A program made the position numbers and the translations under genes. From Bacteroidales bacterium UBA4621 (GTDB taxonomy: Bacteria; Bacteroidota; Bacteroidia; Bacteroidales; Paludibacteraceae), in NCBI GenBank assembly GCA_002387325.1, contig DGIN01000005.1:1-57727 (forward strand): a stretch of 57,727 nt of DNA. The letters are read 5' to 3'. How positions within the stretch are numbered: the stretch's first letter is position 1; each line of letters begins with the position of its first letter. Positions 1 through 9,133 of this stretch are shown here, piece after piece. The notes beneath the pieces were generated by a model that made no database searches, had not been told where the DNA came from, and worked only from the letters and a program-made list of their open reading frames with translations.

Positions 1-118
1 CGTGCTACTGCGGAGTCACGAAGAGTTTGTTGCAGTTTTTCTACCACAGTTTAGTCAATTTGTCAATTTATAAATGAAGAAATTTGTAAATGCCCTTTTC
101 ATTGTGCATTACGCATTA

Positions 119-235
119 TCACAATGCCTCGTCCTCAGGTTTCTGCGGACGGGGTAAGTGTGATTTCTTTTTGAGCCACGCAGCCTTGCGTTTCTCATAC
201 TCTTCGTAATGGGTTTCCAAATAGCCGTCAGCCAT
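119..235 (-). CDS. small hypothetical protein, 38 aa (below ORF-track cutoff)
   Basis: Hand translation of the minus strand, ATG at 235 to TGA at 119: MADGYLETHYEEYEKRKAAWLKKKSHLPRPQKPEDEAL. Charged and helix-like. Lies 38 nt downstream of the skp-like gene on the same strand. Homology not checkable here. Confidence 0.3.
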   Translation of the reverse strand: MADGYLETHYEEYEKRKAAWLKKKSHLPRPQKPEDEAL

Positions 236-273
236 TAGTTGCAAACAATGAACAAAGGACAATGACAATGAAT

Positions 274-765
274 CTACTTAATACCGAGTTCTTTCTTTAC
301 GGAAGGCATTACGTCTGCTGCATCCTGTGCGATATACACCATAGCGGCAGAATCAAAGATATAGGTATAGCCCTCTTTTTGCCCTACCGCTTGGATAGCC
401 TTTGACATACGCTCGTGTACAGGTGCAATCAATTCTTGCTGCGTCTTCTGAATATCCTGCTCTGCCGTCTGGTAGAAGAGTTGGATACGCTGCTGCATCT
501 CTTGCAACTCCTGCTGGCGTATCTGTTTTACACCGGCAGCCATTGTAGCCTCTTGTGCCTGATAGTCTTGTGCTTTCTTTTGCAGTTCTTCCTGCATCGA
601 AGCCAACTGATTCTCGTACTGTGATTGCACGGTATCCATCTTCAGTTTGACAGTAGCCATCTCAGGCATCAGTGCAAAAAGTTCCTGTGTGTTTACATGT
701 CCGAATTTCTGTGCCGAGGCAATCATCGGGAGTGCCAAAGCAAGTGCTAAAATAAGTTTTTTCAT
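274..765 (-). CDS. skp: OmpH/Skp-family periplasmic chaperone
   Basis: 163 aa. Signal peptide MKKLILALALALPMIASAQ. Q/E/K-rich coiled-coil body typical of Skp/OmpH. Second of two tandem skp-like genes downstream of bamA. Confidence 0.85.
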   Translation of the reverse strand: MKKLILALALALPMIASAQKFGHVNTQELFALMPEMATVKLKMDTVQSQYENQLASMQEELQKKAQDYQAQEATMAAGVKQIRQQELQEMQQRIQLFYQTAEQDIQKTQQELIAPVHERMSKAIQAVGQKEGYTYIFDSAAMVYIAQDAADVMPSVKKELGIK

Positions 766-815
766 TATTGTGTTTTGTTATTAATATCCGTGTTTGTTCC
801 GTTGAATGATGGTCT

Positions 816-926
816 ATCCACCTTATATCCACCTTATATCCACCTTATATCCACCTTATATCCTCCTTACTTTTCAATATATTTTCTATACATATCCACC
901 CGTCATCCACCCGACATCCACCCGAC
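816..926. repeat. two 11-bp-period tandem arrays: ATCCACCTTAT x5 (816-870) and ATCCACCCGNC x3 (894-926)
   Basis: Read directly. Units at 816, 827, 838, 849 and 860 (the last degenerate: atcctccttac) and at 894, 905 and 916. Lies in the spacer between the two skp-like genes. Confidence 0.95.
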
Positions 927-966
927 TTTTCATTACGCAATATACATTGCCCACTACCTATTGAAA

Positions 967-1497
967 TTATTTCGCTCCGAGTTTTTGCAGTACTTGGTCG
1001 CTAATATCCAGTTTGCTTGACATATAGATGAGGGACGGGTCGGAAGAGCGGTCTTTGACAATGTCTATATGCTTCTCGTTTGCAAGTTCCTGAATAGCCG
1101 TATAAATCTCGTCCTGTATAGGCTTGATGAGTGCTTCGCGTTTTTTGAACAGTTCGCCGTCCTGCCCAAAGTACTTGCGTTTCAGTTCCAGCACCTCCTG
1201 CTCTTTGGCAACAATCTCTTCCTCGCGACGGTGTTTCATCTCCTCCGAGAGGAAAATCTGCTCGGTCCGATAATTGGTTGCCAGTACCTGTGCCTCCCTG
1301 TTGAGTGCATCAATCTCTTTTTGCCAGCGTTTGCTAATCATTGTCAGTTGTTCGTTAGCCGATTCGTATTGTGGCAGATTTTTCAAAATGTATGCCATAT
1401 CGATATACGCAATCGACTGCTCCTTTGCTGCAAAAGAAGGAAACACACTCAACAAGCAAAACAGCAAACCCAAACCATATAATAATGTCTTTCTCAT
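967..1497 (-). CDS. skp: OmpH/Skp-family periplasmic chaperone
   Basis: 176 aa. Signal peptide ...LLFCLLSVFPSFAAKE. 'IAYIDMAYILKNLPQYE' N-terminus followed by a long E/K/Q coiled coil. Immediately downstream of bamA. Confidence 0.85.
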   Translation of the reverse strand: MRKTLLYGLGLLFCLLSVFPSFAAKEQSIAYIDMAYILKNLPQYESANEQLTMISKRWQKEIDALNREAQVLATNYRTEQIFLSEEMKHRREEEIVAKEQEVLELKRKYFGQDGELFKKREALIKPIQDEIYTAIQELANEKHIDIVKDRSSDPSLIYMSSKLDISDQVLQKLGAK

Positions 1498-1551
1498 ATA
1501 TAATCGTCTTTTTGTCTATAGTCCAACATCTATCAGCCCCGACGGTCCACT

Positions 1552-4245
1552 TTACAATTCCTGTCCGAGGACGAAGTGGAACTGGCTCTTACCGTACTGG
1601 TCGGAACCGTTGATTTTGTCGAAGCCCCATCCCCAGTCGATACCAAGCAAACCGAACATAGGCAGGAAGATACGTACACCCACACCTGCGCTACGTTTCA
1701 GGTCAAACGGATTGTATTGCTTGATGTCGGCGAAGCAGTTACCTGCTTCCAGAAATGCCAACGCCCAGATAGTGGCACTCTGCTCCAACGCAATCGGGTA
1801 GCGCAACTCCATTGTGAACTTGTTGTATACATAGCCCATATTTCGTCCTGTAGCGGCATCGTACGGAGTAAGCGAACCCGACGTATAACCGCGCATACCT
1901 ACATATTCGGTGGAATAACTGGTGTAACTTGACATTCCGTCCCCACCCATATAGAACGTTTCAAACGGTGATTTCGCATCTTTGTTGTAATTGCCGAGGT
2001 AACCGAATTCCGCACGCGTCATCAGCACCAGTTTAGAGTCTTTGCTCAGCGGTGTGAACACCTTTCCCGTAAATTTCCACTTGTGGTACTCAATGAGGTT
2101 GTAGCGTTCCGCCGTGGTCATCGTAGAGTAGTCCTTACCCGAAATAAGCGAATACGGCGGCGTGATCTTCAAACCGAGTGTAAACTGCGAACCGCGACGT
2201 GTGTAAATAGGGTTGTCGATACTGGAACGCGAGAACTGCAGATTGAGTGAAAGGTTGTGGCTTGTTCCGTTGGCAATCAGCAGATAAGGCCAGTCTTTCA
2301 TCATATACATCTGATAACTCAATTCGCCATAGAAAGTAAAATAGTCATCAGGCCAACGCAGACGTTTACCATATCCCAAACTTACACCAAAGGTGCGCAG
2401 ATATTTGTCTTTATCCGCATACGCCTCCTGCATCTGTTGATAATAATCCGAAGAGTTGCCGTATGCATAATAGTTGTTATAGTATGTATTATACAGATTC
2501 TGGTATGCGTTGTAATAACTCTGTGCATACCCTGTCTGCTGCGCAAAATAGATGCTTGCGCTCAACGAATTCGGACGTTTTCCGCCTAACCAAGGTTCAA
2601 GGAATGAGATACTTGCAGAAGTATAATAGATACCATTTGTACGGGCATTGATAGAGAACGTCTGCCCCTCGCCTTGCGGCACAATGCGGTACGCTTTTTT
2701 GTTGAACAGGTTCTGAATGGCAAAATTGGTAAATTTCAATCCCAACGAGCCGACCAGACCTGTAGCCCCCCACCCGAGTGAGAACTCAATCTGATCACTT
2801 GACTTGGTCTCCAACTGATATGTAATATCCACAGTCCCGTCCTCCGGATTCGGTTGTATATCCGGCACCAGTTTCTCTTGGTTAAAATGCCCCATCTGCG
2901 CCAATTCACGCAACGAGCGCATAATATCCGACTGACTATAGAGTTGTCCCGGCTTCGTATAGAGTTCGCGCCGCACCACATGCTCGTAAACACGGGTATT
3001 GCCTACAATATTGATTTGGTTAATCGTAGCGGGTTTGCCCTCGTACATACGCATCTCAAAATCAATACTGTCGTTCTCCACATTCACTTCCACCGGTTCC
3101 ACATTGAAAAACAGATACCCCCGATCGGTATATAGTTTGGCAACCGCGTCATCGTCCGACTGCAACCGTTCGTTGAGCGTCTTCAGGTTATAGACATCGC
3201 CTTTTTTCAACCCCAACGTAGCGTCCAGCAACTCATACGGATAGACTGTATTTCCGACCCATTTGATATTACGAACATAGTACTTATCTCCCTCGCTGAT
3301 AGTCATATAGACATCCACGCGGGTAGGGTCTTCCGGATTGGAAACCACACTGTCGGCAACGATATACGCATCGCGATAACCTATTTCGTTGTACTTCTCA
3401 ATTACCGCCTGTTTGTCTTTTTCATACTCTTCGGTAACAAATTTCTTGGTGCGGAAGAGATTGATGATGTTGTTGTCATTCGTCTTCTTCATCGCCTTAT
3501 TAATCTGATTGTGGGTCAGGGCTTTGTTACCGGTGATGTAAATCTTCCCGACCTTGGTTTTGGTCTTCTTATCCACATTGACAGCCACTTTCACATAGCC
3601 GGGGTGGTCTTGGTCATTGAACTCCAACACCTGCACCTCGGCATTATGAAACCCTTTTTCGGAAAGATACTTCTTGATAACCGTCTTTGCATGGTCGGAC
3701 AGGTTGGGTGTCATCTGGCTTCCGTTACGAATACCTACCTTGACCTCTACATCTTCTTTCTCACTCTTTTTCAAACCGTTATACACCACCTCCGATACAC
3801 GCGGACGCTGCTTCAGTTCAATAAGCAGCCATATTTTCTGCCCCTCTATCTTCTTTGCTTTGATCTTTACATCAGAGAAAAGTCCTTGTTTCCAGAATCG
3901 TTTTATAGCCTTGGTAATCTGATCTCCCGGCACTTCTATCTTATCCCCCACAGCCAGACCGGAGAAGCCTATCAGCACAAAGTCTTCATAACTATCCGCC
4001 CCGGACACTTCTATCCCCGCAATCTCATAGGTCTTACGCTGCAGCGAGTATTCTATTTCAGGAACATTCGTTTCCGCGCTGTCTTGTATGAACGGGGAAT
4101 CCGTCCCTATCGTATCTCCCGGCACGGGCTGCCCAACAGCCTGTGCCGATACGGCTACAGATACAAGCAAAAGAAAAAACAGTATATTAACGAACTTGTT
4201 CACCGGTCTTGCCAAATCTACGTTCACGATGTTGATAATCCACAA
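1552..4245 (-). CDS. bamA: outer membrane protein assembly factor BamA (Omp85 family)
   Basis: 897 aa. Signal-like 'NKFVNILFFLLLVSVAVSAQA', POTRA-like repeats, and a Y/G/N-rich C-terminal barrel. Conserved uppS-bamA-skp order. Start uncertain: ATG at 4245 overlaps uppS by 59 nt. GTG at 4203 would give MNKFVNILFF..., a cleaner signal peptide. Confidence 0.9.
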   Translation of the reverse strand: MWIINIVNVDLARPVNKFVNILFFLLLVSVAVSAQAVGQPVPGDTIGTDSPFIQDSAETNVPEIEYSLQRKTYEIAGIEVSGADSYEDFVLIGFSGLAVGDKIEVPGDQITKAIKRFWKQGLFSDVKIKAKKIEGQKIWLLIELKQRPRVSEVVYNGLKKSEKEDVEVKVGIRNGSQMTPNLSDHAKTVIKKYLSEKGFHNAEVQVLEFNDQDHPGYVKVAVNVDKKTKTKVGKIYITGNKALTHNQINKAMKKTNDNNIINLFRTKKFVTEEYEKDKQAVIEKYNEIGYRDAYIVADSVVSNPEDPTRVDVYMTISEGDKYYVRNIKWVGNTVYPYELLDATLGLKKGDVYNLKTLNERLQSDDDAVAKLYTDRGYLFFNVEPVEVNVENDSIDFEMRMYEGKPATINQINIVGNTRVYEHVVRRELYTKPGQLYSQSDIMRSLRELAQMGHFNQEKLVPDIQPNPEDGTVDITYQLETKSSDQIEFSLGWGATGLVGSLGLKFTNFAIQNLFNKKAYRIVPQGEGQTFSINARTNGIYYTSASISFLEPWLGGKRPNSLSASIYFAQQTGYAQSYYNAYQNLYNTYYNNYYAYGNSSDYYQQMQEAYADKDKYLRTFGVSLGYGKRLRWPDDYFTFYGELSYQMYMMKDWPYLLIANGTSHNLSLNLQFSRSSIDNPIYTRRGSQFTLGLKITPPYSLISGKDYSTMTTAERYNLIEYHKWKFTGKVFTPLSKDSKLVLMTRAEFGYLGNYNKDAKSPFETFYMGGDGMSSYTSYSTEYVGMRGYTSGSLTPYDAATGRNMGYVYNKFTMELRYPIALEQSATIWALAFLEAGNCFADIKQYNPFDLKRSAGVGVRIFLPMFGLLGIDWGWGFDKINGSDQYGKSQFHFVLGQEL

Positions 4246-4927
4246 TTGCTTTATAAAACTCCCCGGGCGTAAACTCGGGCCATAAACAATCGGTAAAATA
4301 GAGTTCCGAATATGCCAACTGCCACAACAAGAAATTACTCAGACGCAATTCCCCACTGGTGCGTATCAGCAAATCAGGGTCAGGCATATTACGTGTTGTC
4401 AAACACGATGATACAAACTCTTCATTGATATCCTCTATGCGCAATCCTCCTGCGAGTGCCATTCTTACAGCCTCCTGCATAGCGTGTGTAATCTCCCACC
4501 GAGCAGAATAACTGAGTGCAATCACCATATTCAGCCCCGTGTTCTTACTTGTTTCACGCATACATTGCTCAAATTTCAGCCGCGCAGTTTCCGGCAGACG
4601 ACTTATGTCGCCTATAGTGAGCAAACGCACGTTGTTCTGCATCAGCGTCGGGGTTTCTTTCACTATCGTATCCACCAACAGATTCATCAAAGCATCCACT
4701 TCCTCTTTGGGGCGGTTCCAATTTTCGGTAGAAAACGTATATAGTGTCAAATACTCTATTCCTAACTCAGCAGCGGCAACGGTAATATTGTGTACGGTCT
4801 GCACCCCTTGCCGGTGTCCGAACATACGCGCCAATCCTTGCCGTTTTGCCCAACGCCCGTTACCATCCATAATGACGGCCACGTGCCTCGGCATACGCGA
4901 TTTGTCTATTTGGTCTTTATAATCCAT
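4187..4927 (-). CDS. uppS: undecaprenyl-diphosphate synthase (cis-isoprenyl transferase)
   Basis: 246 aa. 'HVAVIMDGNGRWA', 'ENWNRP', 'RTSGELRLSNFLLWQ.AYSE' and C-terminal 'ERRFG' are UppS hallmarks. Confidence 0.93.
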   Translation of the reverse strand: MDYKDQIDKSRMPRHVAVIMDGNGRWAKRQGLARMFGHRQGVQTVHNITVAAAELGIEYLTLYTFSTENWNRPKEEVDALMNLLVDTIVKETPTLMQNNVRLLTIGDISRLPETARLKFEQCMRETSKNTGLNMVIALSYSARWEITHAMQEAVRMALAGGLRIEDINEEFVSSCLTTRNMPDPDLLIRTSGELRLSNFLLWQLAYSELYFTDCLWPEFTPGEFYKAIVDYQHRERRFGKTGEQVR

Positions 4928-5013
4928 ATATTCAGGTTATTCTTAATAAAAATCTTCAAGGTATTCAAGGCTCTACTGACCTTATTTATCAATATCCATA
5001 CAAGTACGATTTA

Positions 5014-5772
5014 TCAATCCATACAAGCACGGCAAACTTTCCGCTCTTTGGCAAATTCAAAAACTATGCCGAGAGTAAGTTGCGAGGTAACATCAAAGTT
5101 CAATATATTACTGCCGTTCATATCAAACGAATTGTTCAGTATTTTTACACCTTCCAGATTATCAGCCATATATATATTATGCTGCCAAGCCAGATTCAAG
5201 CCGAACCTTTGCGAAAATTTCCATTTCAAGCCGAAGCCCATCGGTATATAGAAAGCCACAGGCACCTTGCCACCGTAGTCGCTCCAGTCCCAGCCGCCTA
5301 TATTCATTCCGTTGCCATAGACTGCGATGCCCACGCCGAGGAACATATAAGGTGTCAGCGGCTTGATACGTGTGTCGTATGTTTTTCCTCCAAAGCGGAA
5401 AAAGTTAAATTCCGCCATCGCATCAAGGTTGATCATCTGCGTACTCCACAGAGTCTCCTGCTTCTGCATCCGGTCGTCGTATCCGTATCCCGTAATACGT
5501 TGCGTCAGTCCTTTCACCTGCAACGCCCACCGATTGGTAAACTTATACCGGAAATGCGCCCCGTATGCTTCACGCGGGTTGTTGAAAATATGCGTTGTAG
5601 CATCGCCCACATAGTATCCGCACCCTGCCTGCAAACCAAACTCGCACAAATAAGGTCTGTCATCGGCAAGGGCAGCCATAGAGCATACCATTCCTGCGAG
5701 CATTACCCATACCCGCAACAATCTCCCCGCGTTGCGACCGCCCCATGCCCTATGTACTTGCTTGCTGCCCAT
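5014..5772 (-). CDS. outer-membrane beta-barrel protein (DUF6089-like, from memory)
   Basis: 252 aa. Alternating aromatic/Gly beta-strand pattern. Sits directly upstream of uppS, as in many Bacteroidota. A signal peptide is more plausible from the internal Met (MLAGMVCSMAALA, start ~5703). Confidence 0.6.
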   Translation of the reverse strand: MGSKQVHRAWGGRNAGRLLRVWVMLAGMVCSMAALADDRPYLCEFGLQAGCGYYVGDATTHIFNNPREAYGAHFRYKFTNRWALQVKGLTQRITGYGYDDRMQKQETLWSTQMINLDAMAEFNFFRFGGKTYDTRIKPLTPYMFLGVGIAVYGNGMNIGGWDWSDYGGKVPVAFYIPMGFGLKWKFSQRFGLNLAWQHNIYMADNLEGVKILNNSFDMNGSNILNFDVTSQLTLGIVFEFAKERKVCRACMD

Positions 5773-6080
5773 TGATTTTCCAAATACGATTAGCGTGCAA
5801 AGTTACACAAAAAAAAAGACATACGCAAGTGCTCTGCCATTTTCTCCACAGGAAGCGCACCAATCGGGTCATTTTCTATTCTACGACGCTACCGGACAAA
5901 GGGCGTTTACCCGACACTTGACACTATGTTTTCCTCTACCGCAAGCGGCAAGAAAAATGAAAGACATACAGACAATAAACAGGGGCATTTTTCAGAGCTG
6001 ATGGCAATAGCGTGCAACTACAAATTTAGCATAAATTAACATATAAAATATAACTCGCTGTAATATAAGCAAAAACAGCC

Positions 6081-6173
6081 GAATCACATACGAATCACAT
6101 ACGAATCACATATGAATCACATAGACCTGATAGCACAAGGATAGGACAATGAACAATGGATAATGGACAAAAT
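6081..6173. repeat. GAATCACATAN x4 (11-bp period, 6081-6124) followed by ACAATGN x4 (7-bp period, 6146-6173)
   Basis: Read directly in the 600-bp divergent spacer between the DUF6089-like gene and dgt. Confidence 0.95.
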
Positions 6174-6221
6174 TATGTCTAACAAGTCTAAAAAAAATAA
6201 AACAAACAAGTCTGACGACTT

Positions 6222-6262
6222 GACCGCGGACGGGGCGTCCGCGTCCCCTGAATGGTGTTTGC
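6222..6262 (+). repeat. dispersed ~41-bp repeat, copy 1 (gaccgcggacggggcgtccgcgtcccctgaatggtgtttgc)
   Basis: 38/41 identity plus a 1-nt indel with 32450-32491, same orientation. Contains an internal CGGACG/CGTCCG mini-hairpin. Confidence 0.85.
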
Positions 6263-6317
6263 CGGTCCAGAATAATACATAATTCTGATGCGGTTGCCCT
6301 GACAAAATATATTATCC

Positions 6318-6349
6318 CTTGTTTATTTCACAAAAAAGCCGTATCTTTG
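6318..6349 (+). promoter_or_regulatory. putative Bacteroidota promoter for dgt-like gene
   Basis: -7 box TATCTTTG (6342-6349) matches TAnnTTTG. A partial -33 element, CTTG, lies at 6318-6321 (20-nt spacer). The ATG is 22 nt downstream. Confidence 0.45.
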
Positions 6350-6371
6350 CCCCATAAACAAAAAAAATATT

Positions 6372-7790
6372 ATGTATGCAGATGTAAAATGGTATGAATA
6401 CCTGTCTATTGAACGCGAACGCCAGTCGTTCTTTATATTCAACAGATATTCGCGGGAGAAGGTGTCCTACGATATTTTTCCCGACTACCGCAATTATTTT
6501 GAAAGTGATTTCGGTCGGGTGATTTTCAGCAACGCCGCACGGCGTATGCACGACAAGACACAAGTATTTCCTCTTACTAACGGTGACTCGGTACATACGC
6601 GTCTGACACACTCAATGGAAGTAATGAGTGTAGCAGCCTCGTTGGGTATAGGGGTATGCCGTAATCCCGAATTCAGGCACACCTACTATAACGATGACCG
6701 TAATTGGGAATGTGAGATATCCGCCATACTTAAAACGGCAGCCTTTGTACACGACATAGGGAACCCGCCTTTCGGGCATTGCGGAGAAAATATCATACAA
6801 GACTTTTTCAAGCACAAGGGAGCGTACCTGTTAGACGGATTAACAGAACAGCAACGCCTTGATTTTACCCAATTCGACGGTAATGCACAGGGCTTCCGCA
6901 TCCTGACAAAGATGCCATATCTCAATGATTTGTATGGTCTGAACCTTACCTACTCCACCCTCGGTGCATACTTGAAATACCCCAATACCGGTTCCAAAGA
7001 CACAAGCGGTAACGTGGCTTTGCACAAACACGGAGTATTCACATGCGAACAGACGATATTGGAACATACCGCCTCACATTGCCATCTCTACCGCGAAGAC
7101 GGCAGCATCAAACGCCATCCGCTGTCTTTCTTAGTGGAAGCGGCAGACACTATTTGCTACCGTGTAATGGACTTAGAAGACGGTATCTCCAAACAGTTGG
7201 TGAGCATTGAGCAGACTTTCAGTTACATAGCCCATAGTCTGCAATGCGAGACTACGGACATCGTCAAGATGGTGCATCTGGAAAAAAACTACAATCAGGG
7301 ACACTATACGAAAGAGAAGATGGTGGTTGATTTGCGTGTGGCACTGATGAATTATCTTACGCACACAGCCGTACGGACATTCATAGACCATCTGCAGGAA
7401 ATTGATTGCGGTACTTTCAACAGAGAACTATTGGAAGAGGACCCGCTTTGCAATGCTTTGGGAAACTTTGAATTGGAACAGATATTCCATACAGCGGAGA
7501 TTGCACGTGCGGAAATAACCGGAACTACCGTTTTATGCGGCATATTAGACAAGACCCTGCACCTGCTTATTGAAAAACAGGATTGGCGTGTAGAGAAACT
7601 GATTTCCATTTCAATGCAACGCTTGGCTGAAGCGGAATACAAAGCCATACACCCCGAAATTCCAGCGGACAAGGCTATTGATATTCTGCACCTTGACCGC
7701 TACAGCCAACTACGATTGGTAGTGGACTGGGTGGCAGGTATGACCGACAAATACGCCCTTGATACCTATCGTTTCCTATGCGGGTTGTAA
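6372..7790 (+). CDS. dgt: dGTP/dNTP triphosphohydrolase-like HD-domain protein
   Basis: 472 aa. 'FGRVIFSNAARRMHDKTQVFPL', 'RLTHSMEV' and 'HDIGNPPFGH' are the dGTPase-family HD motifs. C-terminal 'DWVAGMTDKYALDTY'. Confidence 0.85.
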   Translation: MYADVKWYEYLSIERERQSFFIFNRYSREKVSYDIFPDYRNYFESDFGRVIFSNAARRMHDKTQVFPLTNGDSVHTRLTHSMEVMSVAASLGIGVCRNPEFRHTYYNDDRNWECEISAILKTAAFVHDIGNPPFGHCGENIIQDFFKHKGAYLLDGLTEQQRLDFTQFDGNAQGFRILTKMPYLNDLYGLNLTYSTLGAYLKYPNTGSKDTSGNVALHKHGVFTCEQTILEHTASHCHLYREDGSIKRHPLSFLVEAADTICYRVMDLEDGISKQLVSIEQTFSYIAHSLQCETTDIVKMVHLEKNYNQGHYTKEKMVVDLRVALMNYLTHTAVRTFIDHLQEIDCGTFNRELLEEDPLCNALGNFELEQIFHTAEIARAEITGTTVLCGILDKTLHLLIEKQDWRVEKLISISMQRLAEAEYKAIHPEIPADKAIDILHLDRYSQLRLVVDWVAGMTDKYALDTYRFLCGL

Positions 7791-7810
7791 TGAATTAAGG
7801 ATAACATTCT

Positions 7811-7850
7811 ACGCAAACACCTGTCGCCTTATTCCGACAGGTGTTTGCGT
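7811..7850. terminator. perfect 16-bp stem hairpin between convergent dgt and yhhQ-like genes
   Basis: acgcaaacacctgtcg (7811-7826), 8-nt loop, cgacaggtgtttgcgt (7835-7850). The right arm encodes the last residues of the yhhQ-like ORF (..IRKHLSE*). No U-tract, so function as a terminator is inferred from position only. Confidence 0.5.
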
Positions 7851-8464
7851 ATCCAAGTCACAGTTACATACGCTAATGGTGTTGAGCAACATATTTCAAT
7901 CAGTACTTTGGCTAACACCTGAAAACCTATCATTGTCATTACTTGCGAAAAAGAAACCATACCCGCAAAGGCAATAAAGACAAATATAGTGGTGTCCAAT
8001 GTATATCCGATTAGCGAACTGCTGATAGTGCGTGTCCACATCGGTCCTCCGACACATTCTTTCAGCCTGCTCATTACCCAAGCATTTGTAGTCTCCCCTA
8101 CCAGAAACGCACATACCGAAGCAAACATAATACGCGGTACAAAACCAAATATCCTCCGATATGCCTCCTGCCTACCGACCGTCTCGACCGGCACCGGCAC
8201 CAAAGTTCCAATCCATGCGAAGAATGTGAAAAGGATTTGGCAACAGAAAGTCAGCAATATCAACCGGCGAGCGGTCCGAAAGCCCCACACTTCTGTCACC
8301 ACCTCGCCCAACATATATGTAATGGGAAATATAATAGTTCCAGCATCAAAGATACTCAAATCACCTATTTGGATGATTTGCGTAGCCATCACGTTTGCCG
8401 TCAAATAACAAGTAACCATTACGGCTGCAATGGCTACCAATATGTTGCTTTTGCCATATTTCAT
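7829..8464 (-). CDS. yhhQ: queuosine-precursor transporter (YhhQ/DUF165, VUT family)
   Basis: 211 aa polytopic membrane protein. 'IFPITYMLGEVVTEVWG' resembles the YhhQ signature. 4-nt overlap (ATGA) with the upstream MBL gene. Confidence 0.7.
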   Translation of the reverse strand: MKYGKSNILVAIAAVMVTCYLTANVMATQIIQIGDLSIFDAGTIIFPITYMLGEVVTEVWGFRTARRLILLTFCCQILFTFFAWIGTLVPVPVETVGRQEAYRRIFGFVPRIMFASVCAFLVGETTNAWVMSRLKECVGGPMWTRTISSSLIGYTLDTTIFVFIAFAGMVSFSQVMTMIGFQVLAKVLIEICCSTPLAYVTVTWIRKHLSE

Positions 8465-9009
8465 AGATAAGGATTGAACTGCTTCTCTTGTCCTATAGTG
8501 GTTTGATAACCATGTCCGGGGTAAACGATTGTATCATCAGGAAGTTGTCTGAGTTTATCAAGCGACTGTATCAGCAGATGCATATCACCACCTTCGAGGT
8601 CAGTACGCCCTATTGAATCCTTAAACAATGTATCACCGGTAAACACACATTTCTGCACCGGCCAATAGTAGCACACGCAATCCTCTTTATGTCCGGGAGT
8701 ACGCAGCACCTCTATTCCCTCAAAGTCCGGTATATGCAATATGCCTTCTGGCGGATAGATAACAGGCTTTATGTTATATGTACGCCGCATAAAATCCACC
8801 CCGCAAACATGATCAGGATGTGTATGTGTTATCAGCAAAGCGACCGGCGAAAGATTTTCTTTGTCAAGGAAATCCGCCATTCGCTTTTCTTCCGCCTCTC
8901 CATACATACCCGCATCAATCAGCAGAGCCTTATGATTCTGCTTTTTCTCGTCCCATACCACGTAGGTACATTCACGGTATGGATTGAAATAGAAAGGTTT
9001 GATTGTCAT
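8461..9009 (-). CDS. MBL-fold metallo-hydrolase
   Basis: 182 aa. 'LLITHTHPDHVCG' (HxHxDH), later 'TPGH' and 'GHG'. Confidence 0.85.
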   Translation of the reverse strand: MTIKPFYFNPYRECTYVVWDEKKQNHKALLIDAGMYGEAEEKRMADFLDKENLSPVALLITHTHPDHVCGVDFMRRTYNIKPVIYPPEGILHIPDFEGIEVLRTPGHKEDCVCYYWPVQKCVFTGDTLFKDSIGRTDLEGGDMHLLIQSLDKLRQLPDDTIVYPGHGYQTTIGQEKQFNPYL

Positions 9010-9064
9010 TCGTTATGCGACCACCCTTGTGGCAGTCCGGGATTAAATGATGGCAAAAACAGAG

Positions 9065-9097
9065 TATCCTATAACTATCCTATAACCATCCTATAAG
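9065..9097. repeat. TATCCTATAAC x3, 11-bp period
   Basis: Units at 9065, 9076 and 9087 (the last is catcctataag). Confidence 0.95.
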
Positions 9098-9133
9098 GAA
9101 TCACCTATACCTTATTCGGTGGAGAGATACAGG

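Noticed and set aside
816-926. Could the short tandem arrays (here and in 12 or more other spacers) be CRISPR arrays?
   Set aside because: Units are 7 or 11 bp and directly abutting, with no unique spacers. No cas genes are in the window. They are microsatellite-like arrays, not CRISPR.
4985-5031. Tandem near-duplicate of the last codons and stop of the DUF6089-like gene (tttatcaat(at)ccatacaag(t/c)acg x2)
   Set aside because: It is a real 22-24-bp direct repeat but small. It is most simply a local duplication in the spacer before uppS, with no evident functional implication.
6372-7790. dGTPase-family protein as an anti-phage dNTP-depletion defence gene
   Set aside because: The family includes defensive members. 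This copy, however, has host-like composition, its own consensus promoter and housekeeping neighbours, and Bacteroidota commonly carry a housekeeping dgt-like gene. Nothing in the sequence distinguishes it as defensive.
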